Shown: positions 40,002 to 50,538, counted from the first letter of the stretch. The stretch: DNA of 64,000 bases from an uncultured Nitrospiraceae bacterium (GCA_963705105.1 CAVPIW010000006.1:896001-960000), one strand, 5' to 3'. Program-made: numbers and translations. The notes: generated from the sequence alone by a model not told the origin.

Positions 40002-40138
40002 TCAAACAATACATTTTTTCGCAAAGCCGCAAAGAGCGCAAAGAAAGCCGGAGTGCAGGCACGTTGAAACTCCCCTCCGGAATGGCGCATTATAAAAGCC
40101 TGTCGATTATCCATTCTCATACACGGGGATAACGAACA

Positions 40139-41335
40139 ATGAAAAAAAAGCTGACAGTGAAGATTCCGAAGGGATACCTCTTTTCAGCCGTCGAGGCGGC
40201 CGTCAAGAAGCCCGGAAGAAAAGACGTGGCCCTCATCGTTTCCGAATGCGAGGCCGTCATGGCCGGCATGTTCACGATGAATACCGTCAAGGCTGCGCCG
40301 GTGAAGCTGGACATGAGGCGCATCAGGACCGGCAGGGGACAGGCCATTGTCGTCAACAGCGGCAATGCCAATGCCTGCACGGGCGAACGGGGCATGCGGG
40401 ACGCCAAAGAGATGGCCGTACTCACCGGCCGCGCGCTCAGGATGAAATCCTCCGCCGTCTACGTCTGCTCCACGGGCGTCATCGGCACTCCCCTGCCCAT
40501 GGAGAGGGTCGGGTCCGCAATACCCGGACTGGCCGCAGCGCTCGGGCAGGGGACCTTTCAGGACGTTGCCGCCGCCATAATGACGACCGACACATTCCCG
40601 AAGTTGTTCAGCAAAACGGTAAGGATCGGGAGCAAGGATGTCACTATTGCGGGTGTCTGCAAGGGGGCGGGCATGATCAGCCCGCACATGGCGACGATGC
40701 TCTGCTTCATCATCACCGATGCGCTCATCGACCACGGGTCCCTCGACGCCTCTCTCAGGAGCGCCGTCGCAACGTCCTTTCACAGGATCACCATCGACGG
40801 AGACATGTCGACGAACGACACCGTCCTCGTCATGGCCAACGGCATGGCGGGAAACGCCCCCATCATGACGGGCTCCCGGTCGTACCGGATCTTCGCGTCG
40901 GCGCTCTCGGACGTGGCCTCTACGCTGGCGGCAATGGTCGCGCGCGACGGCGAGGGCGCGACGAAACTCGTCGAGATCGAGGTCAGGAATGCCTTCAGCA
41001 AGGCCGAGGCAGAGAGGGGGGCCTTTGCCGTGGCGAATTCGCTTCTCGTCAAGACCGCTATTTACGGCAATGACGCCAACTGGGGAAGGATCATGGCAGC
41101 CCTCGGCTATTCCGGCATCCGCATGCGGGAGGACAGGACGGACATTTCCCTGAACGGTCTCAGGATCGTCAGCAGGGGTCTTGGAACGGGCAGGGACGCC
41201 GATGCAAATGAGCGGCTCAGGGCGAAAGAGGTGAAGATCGTCGTCGACCTTCGCATCGGTAAGGGATCGGCGAAGGTGCTCACCTGTGACATGACGGAGG
41301 ATTACGTCAAGATCAACGCCGAGTACAGGACTTAA
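40139..41335 (+). CDS. argJ: Bifunctional ornithine acetyltransferase/N-acetylglutamate synthase
   Basis: NSGNANACTG, STGVIG, IMTTDT, KGAGMI.P.MATML, DMSTND and DGEGATK motifs. Confidence 0.97.
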   Translation: MKKKLTVKIPKGYLFSAVEAAVKKPGRKDVALIVSECEAVMAGMFTMNTVKAAPVKLDMRRIRTGRGQAIVVNSGNANACTGERGMRDAKEMAVLTGRALRMKSSAVYVCSTGVIGTPLPMERVGSAIPGLAAALGQGTFQDVAAAIMTTDTFPKLFSKTVRIGSKDVTIAGVCKGAGMISPHMATMLCFIITDALIDHGSLDASLRSAVATSFHRITIDGDMSTNDTVLVMANGMAGNAPIMTGSRSYRIFASALSDVASTLAAMVARDGEGATKLVEIEVRNAFSKAEAERGAFAVANSLLVKTAIYGNDANWGRIMAALGYSGIRMREDRTDISLNGLRIVSRGLGTGRDADANERLRAKEVKIVVDLRIGKGSAKVLTCDMTEDYVKINAEYRT

Positions 41336-41342
41336 ACCTTAA

Positions 41343-41576
41343 CCTTATCGTTGCAACACACTCCCGGGAAAGGCGGAGCGATGATGCCACCGCAAAAGTC
41401 ATTAAGTCATTGAGTCATTAAAGTCATTGTCGGCAGTCGACAGTCGGAACAAGGTCACGAATACCAGGACGGGAAGGAAGCGTCGATATAAAAACGATTC
41501 CTTTCACTGACACTGACACTCACACTGTCACTGTTTTTCAGAGCGCTTCACCCTGTCTTTCTGCACAACTTGCAGG
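41343..41576 (+). mobile_element. MITE-like element (LX-RX)
   Basis: Near-identical core to the 50622 and 52164 copies; right end degenerate. Confidence 0.82.
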
Positions 41577-41582
41577 GGAACG

Positions 41583-42818
41583 TCAGAACAGACGGACCTG
41601 CACGGTCTCGCCTTCATCGACGCCGAGTTTGGCCGGCGGGACCACGACGATGCCGTCGGCCTTCACCAGGGTCGTGATGAGGCCCGACTTTCCGAGGACC
41701 GGCACCGCGACGACCACACCGTCCCGATCTTCCAGGGCCACCCGGACATGGTCTTCCCTGCCCGCAGCGGAGGCGACGCCCTTGGCCATCGTCGCAGTCA
41801 CCTGCGCGGAGACGGGCAGCCTTTCCTCAACCCCGCCCAGTCGATCGAGCAGGGGACGGATGAAAAGGTCAAAACAGACAAAGATGGCCGCCGGGTGACC
41901 GGGAAGTCCGAAAACGGGCTTCCCCGACACGATCCCGCCGATGACCGGCTTTCCCGGCTTGAGCGACGCCCCGTGGAAGAGGACGCCCGGCGTGCCGGCT
42001 TCATTGATGATGCGGGCCGTCATGTCCTTTATCCCCGCCGAAGTCCCTCCACCGACGAGAATGATGTCCGAATCCCGGATCGACTGCCCGATCACCGCGC
42101 CGATATCATCGGATCGGTCGGAAATGATCCCTTTCCGGACGGGGATTCCGCCGTGTTCGGCGATGAGACCGGCAAGCGTGTATGAGTTGATATCCCGCAC
42201 CTGGCCGGGTCCGGGCGTGCTGCCCGCCGGGACGATCTCGTCACCCGTCGCGATGATCGAGACGACAGGTTTCCGGAAAACGCCGACCCTCGTCATCCCC
42301 AGGCCGGCAAGGGCGCCGATGTCCTGGGGACGGAGCCTGCGGCCTTTCATGAGCACCGTCTCGCCCCGCCTCACGTCGTCTCCGCGCTGAATGACGTTTT
42401 CATAAGGGGCGACGGCATGCACCACCTCGATCATGTCATCGGAGACCGCCTGGGTGTGCTCCACCATGACCACCGCGTCGGCGCCGTCGGGCAGCATGCC
42501 GCCCGTGGGCATGCGCGCCGCCTCTCCCGGTCCGAGGGTGAAGCCGGGAGCAGCTCCCATGAATACCTCTCCCGTGACAGTGATATAGACCGGGGCGGTC
42601 TCCCTGGCGCCGAAGGTGTCCGCCGCCCTGAGGGCGAAACCGTCGACGGTGGAACGCGAAAAGGCGGGAAGGTCTTCCGGCGACAGGAAATCAGAAGCAA
42701 GGACGCGCCCGCAGCAGTCCTCCAGCTCCAGGGTCTCCGTCCCGGGCGACGTGGTCGCGAGACCGGAGATGATGAGGTGAAGGGCCTCGGAGGGGGAACG
42801 GTAGGTCTTGTCGAACAT
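41583..42818 (-). CDS. moeA: Molybdopterin molybdotransferase MoeA
   Basis: PAFSRSTVDGFA, TGG.LPDGADAVVMVE, TGDE and KPGKP...GLPGHP motifs. Confidence 0.93.
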   Translation of the reverse strand: MFDKTYRSPSEALHLIISGLATTSPGTETLELEDCCGRVLASDFLSPEDLPAFSRSTVDGFALRAADTFGARETAPVYITVTGEVFMGAAPGFTLGPGEAARMPTGGMLPDGADAVVMVEHTQAVSDDMIEVVHAVAPYENVIQRGDDVRRGETVLMKGRRLRPQDIGALAGLGMTRVGVFRKPVVSIIATGDEIVPAGSTPGPGQVRDINSYTLAGLIAEHGGIPVRKGIISDRSDDIGAVIGQSIRDSDIILVGGGTSAGIKDMTARIINEAGTPGVLFHGASLKPGKPVIGGIVSGKPVFGLPGHPAAIFVCFDLFIRPLLDRLGGVEERLPVSAQVTATMAKGVASAAGREDHVRVALEDRDGVVVAVPVLGKSGLITTLVKADGIVVVPPAKLGVDEGETVQVRLF

Positions 42819-42842
42819 GGGGACGGAAGAAAACGCGCTCCC

Positions 42843-43529
42843 TCAGAGGGGGCGCCTCGTCAGGACGGATGCTTCCCTGCCGTTCTGCAGAAGGTCGAGC
42901 ATCCTGGCGACGGACTCGTCATGGAGGCCTGCAATGTATTCCCTGTCGATGCTCCTCGCCCTCCTCCTGTTCAAAAGGGACAGCAGGACGATCCCCTTGT
43001 AGATCCTCCTGTTCGTCTTGAAGGAAAATATGAACCGGTCGAGGGAGCCCTCGAGGAATAAATCATTGCGCTTCTGGACGGTCTTGCTGATGCCGATGAA
43101 CTGAAGCCAGTGGACTTTGTCGATGATGCTGTCGGCCTTCAGCTCGACCCAGGTGTGACCGACGTCCCACTTCTCTTCCGTGAGCGTCTCGTGGGCGACC
43201 GTATCTGCCGCGAGGTGGCTCAGGTAGCCGTAGACGAATGATTTCGACGGCCCGTCATCGGCCTGATCGAGGAGGCGGAGAGCCACGTCCCAGCTGTGGG
43301 AGCTCCGCTCATCGGGAAGGTATTTCTTTCCCAGAATAATATCGGCCATGAGGTTGCCGTACAGGAAATCCTGCCTGTACTGCCTCATCACCGCATAGAC
43401 GGCTGCCGGGATGAGAGGGCCGTATGAAAAAAGCTCGCTTCCCAGGTAGAGGTGCGTCATCGGCCCCCAGGCCCATGCCGACGAGGGCAGAAGGATGATT
43501 GAGAAGAGGAGGACGAACGGCATCGTCAT
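42843..43529 (-). CDS. Zinc-dependent phospholipase C family protein
   Basis: AWA|WGPMTH and YGYLSHLAAD..AH motifs. Confidence 0.82.
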   Translation of the reverse strand: MTMPFVLLFSIILLPSSAWAWGPMTHLYLGSELFSYGPLIPAAVYAVMRQYRQDFLYGNLMADIILGKKYLPDERSSHSWDVALRLLDQADDGPSKSFVYGYLSHLAADTVAHETLTEEKWDVGHTWVELKADSIIDKVHWLQFIGISKTVQKRNDLFLEGSLDRFIFSFKTNRRIYKGIVLLSLLNRRRARSIDREYIAGLHDESVARMLDLLQNGREASVLTRRPL

Positions 43530-44998
43530 GACGACATCTCCTTCAGAACGTGCAGCAGAAGCCTCACGCCGATTCCCGTCGCGCCCTTCGGGAGATAGGG
43601 TTTGTCCTTGTCGTTCCATGCCGTCCCGGCGATGTCGAGATGCACCCAGGGCGTCTCAGCGGCACATTCCTTCAAAAAATAGCCCGCAGTGACGAGGGAC
43701 CCCGTCTTGCCGCCCGAATTCTTCAGGTCCGCCACATCGCTCTTTATGTATTCCTTGTATTCGTCGTACAGAGGCATCCGCCAGACCCGCTCCGATGTCT
43801 CTTCTGAAGCCTTCCTGATCGCATCCATAAGCGCCTCCCCCGTTCCCATCATGGCGATCGCCTCGTTGCCGAGGGCGACAGAGCAAGCTCCCGTGAGGGT
43901 CGCGATATCGATGACGGCCGCCGGCCTGGCATGCCGCAGGGCATACCCGATCCCGTCGGCGAGGGCGAGACGGCCTTCGGCATCGGTGTTTATGATCTCA
44001 ATCGTCTTTCCCGCGATTGTCTTCACCACGTCGCCGGGCTTCGAGGCCCTCCCCCCGGGGAGGTTCTCCGTCGCCGGCAGGACGGCCATGACATGAACGG
44101 GCAGCGCCAGCTCAGAGACGGCCTTGATGACGCCGAGGACTGCAGCCCCCCCGGCCATGTCATACTTCATCTTTTCCATGCCTTCGGCCGGCTTCAGGGA
44201 GATCCCGCCGCTGTCGAAGGTGATGGATTTACCGATGAGAGCGATGGGCGGCTTCCTGGCGCCCTTGTATTCGAGCACGATGAATTTGGGTGGCTCCTCC
44301 GATCCCCGGGCCACGGAGAGATAGGACTCCATCCCCTCGCGCTCCGCATCGCGGCGCTCCAGAACGGTCACCTTCACCTTCCTCCCCGCAAGTGTCTTCG
44401 CCGCCTCGGCAAGCACGCCGGGCGTCATGTCGTTCGACGGGGTGTTGATGAGGTCACGGGCAAAGTTCACCGCCGAAAGGGTTGTCCTGAGCCACTTCAG
44501 GTCCGGGTCTCCGCCGCCGAGGACGATGACCTCTTTGAGCTCCTTCGGCTCCTCCGGCTTCTTATACCTTTCATAGAGGTACAGGCCGAGGAGTCCGCCC
44601 TCCAGGAAGTAATAGACAGGTTTTCGGGCCGTCGGCTGAGCAAGGGTGATGCGCTGCAGGAGTCTCGTCGACAGGGCGACTTTCCCGGCGCCGATATCCC
44701 TCAGAAGAGTGAGGGCCTTTCCGCCGGCCTGCCGGAGTTTCTCCGGAGAGACCAGGGACTCCTTTCCGAAGCCAACGAGAAGAAGGCGGGCTGCGTTGAG
44801 GTTCCTGACATGGATCAGTGTGAGCTGGTTCTGCTTCCCCTTGAATTCGCGCGAGGCGATGGTCCGCCCGATGAGCCCCCCGATGACTGTGTCGATGTCT
44901 CCGTAGATGTCGGGGTTCGGGTCTTCGAAGCAGGGCAGGATGACCGCGTCCGCCCCTGTATCGAGTTCCGTGACGGCGTCAATCCTGATGTCTGTCAT
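43526..44998 (-). CDS. pepA: Leucyl aminopeptidase (M17)
   Basis: GKSITFDSGG, MKYDMAG, NTDAEGRL and HLDIAGT motifs. Confidence 0.95.
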   Translation of the reverse strand: MTDIRIDAVTELDTGADAVILPCFEDPNPDIYGDIDTVIGGLIGRTIASREFKGKQNQLTLIHVRNLNAARLLLVGFGKESLVSPEKLRQAGGKALTLLRDIGAGKVALSTRLLQRITLAQPTARKPVYYFLEGGLLGLYLYERYKKPEEPKELKEVIVLGGGDPDLKWLRTTLSAVNFARDLINTPSNDMTPGVLAEAAKTLAGRKVKVTVLERRDAEREGMESYLSVARGSEEPPKFIVLEYKGARKPPIALIGKSITFDSGGISLKPAEGMEKMKYDMAGGAAVLGVIKAVSELALPVHVMAVLPATENLPGGRASKPGDVVKTIAGKTIEIINTDAEGRLALADGIGYALRHARPAAVIDIATLTGACSVALGNEAIAMMGTGEALMDAIRKASEETSERVWRMPLYDEYKEYIKSDVADLKNSGGKTGSLVTAGYFLKECAAETPWVHLDIAGTAWNDKDKPYLPKGATGIGVRLLLHVLKEMSS

Positions 44999-45602
44999 CG
45001 TCCTCCCCCTGAGGTTCCCGGTGCCGTTTCAGCGGCCTGTTGAACTCGTTCATCGCCCCGTCGAGGCCCCGGATAATGATGGCAGTGACGGCATCAACCG
45101 CCTTTATTATAGCATCTTTGACAAGGTCCTGTTCAGAGGGGGAAAACTTCGACAGGACAAACTCATGGGCGGGTGCATCAACAGTCCTGCCGATGCCGAT
45201 CTTGACCCGGGCAAAATCCTTCGTGCCGAGCGACTGGATGATCGACTCGATGCCGCGGTGACCGCCCGAAGAACCGCTCCGCTTTATTTTGACCCTCCCG
45301 ACGTCCATATCGAGGTCATCGTGGACGACGATAAGGGCTTCGCCGGTCCCTTCCCTCTCCCGTCCTGCTCTTCTCATGACGCCGAGAACAGCCGCGCCGC
45401 TCCTGTTCATGAAGGTGAGCGGTTTCAGGAGGACGATGTCACGCCCGTCGACAACACCCCGTCCGAGGCAGTATTCCTGTTTTTTTTCAAGGGAAATGCC
45501 CCACTCCCCGGAAAGGGCATCGATGACCATGAACCCGACGTTATGACGCGTTCGTGCGTATTTCCTGCCGGGATTCCCCAGCCCGGCGATAATCGTCATC
45601 AA
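44979..45602 (-). CDS. pth: Peptidyl-tRNA hydrolase
   Basis: GLGNPG..Y..TRHNVGF, KPLTFMNRSG, HDDLD and GGHRG motifs. Confidence 0.96.
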   Translation of the reverse strand: MMTIIAGLGNPGRKYARTRHNVGFMVIDALSGEWGISLEKKQEYCLGRGVVDGRDIVLLKPLTFMNRSGAAVLGVMRRAGREREGTGEALIVVHDDLDMDVGRVKIKRSGSSGGHRGIESIIQSLGTKDFARVKIGIGRTVDAPAHEFVLSKFSPSEQDLVKDAIIKAVDAVTAIIIRGLDGAMNEFNRPLKRHREPQGEDDDRHQD

Positions 45603-45620
45603 GGCCTTCGGACCGGCCTG

Positions 45621-46265
45621 TTAGCCTTCGGCCTCCTCTGCTTTCTTGCCCTTCTTGATAATTTCGGGCTCCGCCGTCTCCACCTCCTCAACAACAGGAG
45701 CAGCGGCCTCTTCCTTGATCGCCGTCACCGTGACGATAAGCTCCTCGGGATCGGTGAGCACCCTGATCCCTTCGGCGAGTTTCAGATCGCCCACATGAAT
45801 GGACTGCCCGATGCCGAGGGGGCTGACGTCGACATCGACGTGGCCCGGGATCTTGTCGGGCAGACACTCGATCTCGATTTCCCGGATCCCGTGCTGAAGC
45901 AGCCCGCCGTCCCTCTTGACGCCGACGGCTTCGCCGCTCGTCACAATATGCACCGCGATTTTCAGCATCTCCGTCGCCAGGATCTCCTGAAAATCGACAT
46001 GGATCAGGCTGCTCGTTATCGGGTCGATCTGGTAATCCTTCATGATCGCCTGCCGCGTCTTGTCGGCGAAATTGAGATTGACCACGACCTGCTCCCCCCC
46101 GGACCTGCTGATAAAGGACGTCAGCTCACGCTTCGAGATCTGTATGGGTTGGGACGTCCCTTCCCTGTAAAGGACCGCGGGGATGACGTTGTTCCTCCTC
46201 AGGTCGCGCGCGGCGCCCTTGCCCTTTCTCTCCCTCTTTTCGACATCAAGTGTCACTCTTTCCAT
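45621..46265 (-). CDS. rplY: 50S ribosomal protein L25/Ctc
   Basis: GKGAARDLRR..IPAVLY, HVDF and GVKRDGG motifs; lies between prs and pth. Confidence 0.95.
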   Translation of the reverse strand: MERVTLDVEKRERKGKGAARDLRRNNVIPAVLYREGTSQPIQISKRELTSFISRSGGEQVVVNLNFADKTRQAIMKDYQIDPITSSLIHVDFQEILATEMLKIAVHIVTSGEAVGVKRDGGLLQHGIREIEIECLPDKIPGHVDVDVSPLGIGQSIHVGDLKLAEGIRVLTDPEELIVTVTAIKEEAAAPVVEEVETAEPEIIKKGKKAEEAEG

Positions 46266-46298
46266 GTATCCTCCTCATGATCATTCATTCGAGTATTA

Positions 46299-46560
46299 CC
46301 GTATCGTTGCATGGCTACCCCGGAAAGGCGGAGCGAAGATGCCACCGCACAAGTCATTAAGTCATTGAGTCATTAAAGTCATTGTCGGCAGTCGACAGTC
46401 GGAACAAGGTCACGAATACCAGGACGGCAGCGTCGATATAAAAACGATTCCTTTCACTGACACTGACACCCACACTGACACTGTTTTTCAGAGCCCTTTC
46501 ACTGACACTGACACTCACACTGTCACTGTTTTTCAGAGCGCTCTGCCCTGTCTTTTCAGC
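46299..46560 (+). mobile_element. MITE-like element (LX-RX) with a 45-bp tandem duplication
   Basis: Core near-identical to other copies; duplication at 46450-46494 and 46495-46539. Confidence 0.8.
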
Positions 46561-46567
46561 GCCCGCA

Positions 46568-47509
46568 TCAGACGAAAAGCGAGCTCACCGACGACTCGTC
46601 GTGTATCCTCTCGATCGCGTCGCCGAGCAGAGATGCAACGCTCAGGACTTTAAGCTTCCTGCAAATGACGGCCTTGTCTTCAAGGGGAATCGTGTCCGTC
46701 GCGATGACCTCCTCGAGAGCCGACGCATTGATCTTGTCGATCGCCGGTCCGGACAGAACGGCGTGGGTACATGCCGCAAGCACCCGGTTCGCCCCGCCTT
46801 CCTTCAATGCGAAGGCCGCCTGTGCCATCGTCCCGGCCGTATCGATCATGTCGTCGAGAATGACGGCGTCTTTCCCCCGGACGTCGCCGATGACGTGCAT
46901 CACCTTTGACACATTGGCTGCCTCCCGTCGCTTGTCGATGATGGCGAGATGGGCGTCGAGCCTCTTCGCAAAGGCCCTGGCACGCTCCACACCTCCCGCG
47001 TCGGGCGAGACGACGACGAGGTCCCTGTATTCACCCCGCTTGATAAACTCGAGCAGGACCGGCGCCGCATAGAGATGATCGACAGGTATGTTGAAGAAGC
47101 CCTGGATCTGCCCGGCATGGAGATCGATCGTCAGGATCCGGTGCGTCCCCGCCGCTGTGAGAAGATCGGCGATCAGCTTCGACGTGATCGGTACCCTGGG
47201 CTGGACCTTCCTGTCCTGACGCGCATACCCGTAATAAGGAATGACGGCGGTGATCCTCCGGGCCGAGGCCCTCTTCAGGGCGTCGATCATGATAAGCAGT
47301 TCCATGATGTTCGTATTCACGGGCGTGCAGGTGGACTGGATGACGAAAACGTCGTAGCCGCGGATGTTCTCGTTGATCTGGACCTGGATCTCTCCGTCGC
47401 TGAACGTGTTGACCATCGCGTCCGCAAGGGGTATCCCAAGGTGCTTGCTCACCTTCAGGGCGAGGGCTCCGTTCGAATTACCGGTCAACAACTTAATGCC
47501 GTTTGCCAT
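46568..47509 (-). CDS. prs: Ribose-phosphate pyrophosphokinase
   Basis: [32 protein letters not shown] and DDMIDTAGT motifs. Confidence 0.97.
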   Translation of the reverse strand: MANGIKLLTGNSNGALALKVSKHLGIPLADAMVNTFSDGEIQVQINENIRGYDVFVIQSTCTPVNTNIMELLIMIDALKRASARRITAVIPYYGYARQDRKVQPRVPITSKLIADLLTAAGTHRILTIDLHAGQIQGFFNIPVDHLYAAPVLLEFIKRGEYRDLVVVSPDAGGVERARAFAKRLDAHLAIIDKRREAANVSKVMHVIGDVRGKDAVILDDMIDTAGTMAQAAFALKEGGANRVLAACTHAVLSGPAIDKINASALEEVIATDTIPLEDKAVICRKLKVLSVASLLGDAIERIHDESSVSSLFV

Positions 47510-47610
47510 GCATACCTCCGGGAAATATTCCATATCACACCGGCACGACGCCCCTTCTCATTCCGTCCTGATCCGGACAAAGAAATATGAAGCGCTGCCT
47601 GCCTGATCAA

Positions 47611-47682
47611 CTGGGGCGCCAGGATTCGAACCTGGGAATGGCAGATCCAAAATCTGCTGACTTGCCGCTTGTCGACGCCCCA
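47611..47682 (-). tRNA. tRNA-Gln (TTG)
   Basis: TGGGGCG...CGCCCCA acceptor stem, GCAGA-TTTTGGA-TCTGC anticodon arm and GGTTCGAATCC T-loop; canonical ispE-tRNA-Gln-prs position. Confidence 0.96.
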
Positions 47683-47740
47683 TATAGTCGTCTGGAACAC
47701 GCGATATGCCCCGTGATCAACATCGGGACATCTCCGGCCC

Positions 47741-48607
47741 TCACAGGGACCGGTCCGTCAGGGTTTTCACCACCCTGCTCCAGCAGTCGGGGAACCTCCC
47801 CGCCGCCCTGCCCGCATCTTCGCTGCTGTCGAAAAGGCCGAAAAGGGCGGACCCGCTGCCGCTCATGAGGGCAGCCGCAGCGCCCGCATCGAGAAGCCGC
47901 TTCTTCAGATCCCCGGCGACGGGATGGTCGTCGAAGACGGTCTCTTCAAAGTCATTGTGCAGCAGGGATGCCAGGCGGGACCTGTCCCGCGATTCAATGT
48001 ACCGGTAAAGTAAGTTGATATTATGATATTCATCCCTTTTGTTTGTCAACGCAGCCGGCCCCCTGTTCAGCCTCCGGTAAGCCTCCGCCGTCGACACGGA
48101 CAGGGCCGGTTTGACGATCAGGAGATCATATGATACGGTAGCCGGCAGCGGCTCCAGTTTCTCCCCCCTCCCTGCCGCGATCGCGAGAGGGCCGGCCATG
48201 AAGAACGGCACGTCCGAACCGAGTGACGCCCCGAGGGCCATGAGCTCCGGATCGGGCAGGGACAAGCCCCACAGGGCGTTCAGCCCCCGGAGAGTCGTCG
48301 CCGCATCGCTGCTCCCGCCGCCCAGCCCCGCGCCGGCGGGGATCTCCTTTCGCAGTGTGATCCGCGCGCCTTCGCGACAACCCGTGTATTCCCGCAGCGC
48401 CCGGGCGGCCCGGCAGACGAGATTGTCCTCTGCAGGCAGCGCCATGTCCGACTCCAGGTGAAACGTGCGGGAGGGCAGAAAGATCAGGACATCGCTGAGA
48501 CTGACGCGCTGCATCAGGGACAGGATATCGTGATATCCGTCATCCCGCCTGCGCAGAACGTAGAGGGTCCAGTTTATTTTTGCGGGTGCTTCGAGCGTCA
48601 GGGTCAT
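47741..48607 (-). CDS. ispE: 4-diphosphocytidyl-2-C-methyl-D-erythritol kinase
   Basis: APAKIN, KEIPAGAGLGGGSSDAA, LGSDVPFF and MSGSGS motifs. Confidence 0.96.
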   Translation of the reverse strand: MTLTLEAPAKINWTLYVLRRRDDGYHDILSLMQRVSLSDVLIFLPSRTFHLESDMALPAEDNLVCRAARALREYTGCREGARITLRKEIPAGAGLGGGSSDAATTLRGLNALWGLSLPDPELMALGASLGSDVPFFMAGPLAIAAGRGEKLEPLPATVSYDLLIVKPALSVSTAEAYRRLNRGPAALTNKRDEYHNINLLYRYIESRDRSRLASLLHNDFEETVFDDHPVAGDLKKRLLDAGAAAALMSGSGSALFGLFDSSEDAGRAAGRFPDCWSRVVKTLTDRSL

Positions 48608-48633
48608 CGATCCTGAGGAAACGGGAGAGGGGC

Positions 48634-50400
48634 TCAGCGCTCCCCGGATTGACGAAGCTCCTTCAGCTTCTGCTCGACCCGGTCTTTCAGCCCCTCCTCC
48701 TTCTCGTGCTGGCGGAGGGACTTTTCATAACTTTCGATCGCCTTCGCGGGATCTCCCAGGGTCTTGTACACATCGCCGAGATGCTCAAAGAGAACGGGGT
48801 CGTCCTTCACCAGCTCCTGGGCGCGCAGCAGGGTCTTGAGAGCGTCGTCATGCCTCCCGAGCCTGAAATAGACCCAGCCGAGACTGTCGATGATGTACCC
48901 GCTGTCCGGCTTCAGATCAAGGGCCCGCTGAATGAGGGCAAGGGCTTCCTCGAGGTTGATCCCCTTGTCCGCATAGGAATAGCCGAGATAGTTGAGGGCA
49001 TCGGCATGCTTCGGGTTCAGCTCGATCGTCTTTTTGAGTGTGGCCACCAGCTCATCGAACTTCCCCGTTTTTTCATACACGACGGCCATGAGAAAGTTGA
49101 GCTCGTCATTGTCGGGGAACTTTCCGAGCGCTCCCGTCACCACCTCACCGGCCTTGCCGTAGTCCTTGAGCGATATGTATGCATTCGCCAGAAAGGCATA
49201 GATATCAGGTTTATCCTTCTCGAAGGTGAGCACCTCCTCGTAAATCCGTGCCGCTTCAGCGTACTTGTTCTGCTTGCCATAGACCGAAGCCAGGGTGAGA
49301 AAAGCGCTCACATTTTTCGGATCTGCAGCAAGGATTTTTTTCAGTTCCGCCGCCGCCTCTTCATATCGCTGCAGCTCGGCCAGGACAAGGGCGAGGTAAT
49401 ACCGGGCCGACGCGTTGTCCGGGCGGGCTTCGAGTACGAGCCTGAACTCGTCGATCGCCTTGTCGAACTGGTTCTCCTGGACATACAGGAGGCCCAGCCG
49501 CTGGTGCAGGTCGATGTTCAGAGGCATGTCCTTCGCCGCCTCTTCGAGCTCCCTGATCGCCTTTTCGTAAGACTTGTCGGCCACGTAAAGCTGGGCGAGA
49601 CGCTCCCGGGCATAGAGATTGTGAGGGTTGACGACAAGCACCTTCTTGTAATACTCCTCAGCCTCAGCGGGTTTGCCCCTGAGCTCGTTGATTATGCCGA
49701 GATTGAAATAGGCGGCATCGAAGGAGGGGTTGATCCCGATGATGGTGATGAAGCGCTCTTCAGCCTTTTGATATTTCTTGTCCTCGAGATCCATCGAACC
49801 GAGGTAATACAGGGCCATGATATTTTCAGGCTCCTTTACGAGCACGTCGTCGAAGACCGCCCGGGCCTTCCCGCTCTCCCTTTTCGTCGCGTACATCGCG
49901 CCGAGATGGAGCCTCGCATCTATCCTCTCAGGGTCTTTTGAGATCACCTTTTCGTAGAGTGGAATCGCTTCGTCGAGCTTCTTCTGTGAGCCGTAGAGCT
50001 CGGCCAGCAGCATGAGGGCCGGGATGTGATCGGACGTCTCCTGCAGGACCTTCTCGAGTCCCGCGACGGCGTCCGATATCCTGCCCAGCTTGACGTACAT
50101 CCGGCAGATCTGCGTCTTGACATGAGCTGACGACGGATCGATCTCGAGCACCTTCCCGTAATGTTCCAGGGCCGCCTCCCACTTCCCCCTGATCTCCGCT
50201 TCATATCCCAGAAAGTATTCGAGATAGGCCGACTGCACGTACTTCTCCGCTGTGTCAGAGCGCTGCGGTTTCGTTATTTCGGCATAAAAAGCGAAGACGG
50301 GGCCGCTCTGTGCAGTCAGAATGACGGACAGAAAGAGGGACAGCGAGACGATATATGCAGACATCAATAGTCTTCTCCGGCGAAAGGATTGATCTATCAT
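48634..50400 (-). CDS. Exported tetratricopeptide repeat protein
   Basis: Many TPRs and ALNYLGYSYAD...IIDSLGWVYF; typical neighbour of ispE. Confidence 0.92.
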   Translation of the reverse strand: MIDQSFRRRRLLMSAYIVSLSLFLSVILTAQSGPVFAFYAEITKPQRSDTAEKYVQSAYLEYFLGYEAEIRGKWEAALEHYGKVLEIDPSSAHVKTQICRMYVKLGRISDAVAGLEKVLQETSDHIPALMLLAELYGSQKKLDEAIPLYEKVISKDPERIDARLHLGAMYATKRESGKARAVFDDVLVKEPENIMALYYLGSMDLEDKKYQKAEERFITIIGINPSFDAAYFNLGIINELRGKPAEAEEYYKKVLVVNPHNLYARERLAQLYVADKSYEKAIRELEEAAKDMPLNIDLHQRLGLLYVQENQFDKAIDEFRLVLEARPDNASARYYLALVLAELQRYEEAAAELKKILAADPKNVSAFLTLASVYGKQNKYAEAARIYEEVLTFEKDKPDIYAFLANAYISLKDYGKAGEVVTGALGKFPDNDELNFLMAVVYEKTGKFDELVATLKKTIELNPKHADALNYLGYSYADKGINLEEALALIQRALDLKPDSGYIIDSLGWVYFRLGRHDDALKTLLRAQELVKDDPVLFEHLGDVYKTLGDPAKAIESYEKSLRQHEKEEGLKDRVEQKLKELRQSGER

Positions 50401-50421
50401 GGACAGATCTTCAGCCCTGCA

Positions 50422-50451
50422 GAAAAAGAAGAGGGGTCTCGACGAGACCCC
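50422..50451 (-). terminator. Intrinsic terminator downstream of the small peptide gene
   Basis: Minus strand GGGGTCTC-GTC-GAGACCCC followed by TCTTCTTTTT. Confidence 0.8.
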
Positions 50452-50475
50452 CGATGTAATCCAAAGCCCCGGTGT

Positions 50476-50538
50476 TTAGCAGGAGCTCTTGCACTTGCAG
50501 GTTGTTGATACCTTCTTTGAAACTTTCCTGATCACCAT
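50476..50538 (-). CDS. 20-aa Cys-rich peptide MVIRKVSKKVSTTCKCKSSC, putative RiPP precursor
   Basis: Manual translation; SD GGAGGTG about 10 nt upstream, extended -10 upstream, terminator downstream, adjacent rSAM/SPASM gene. Confidence 0.72.
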   Translation of the reverse strand: MVIRKVSKKVSTTCKCKSSC

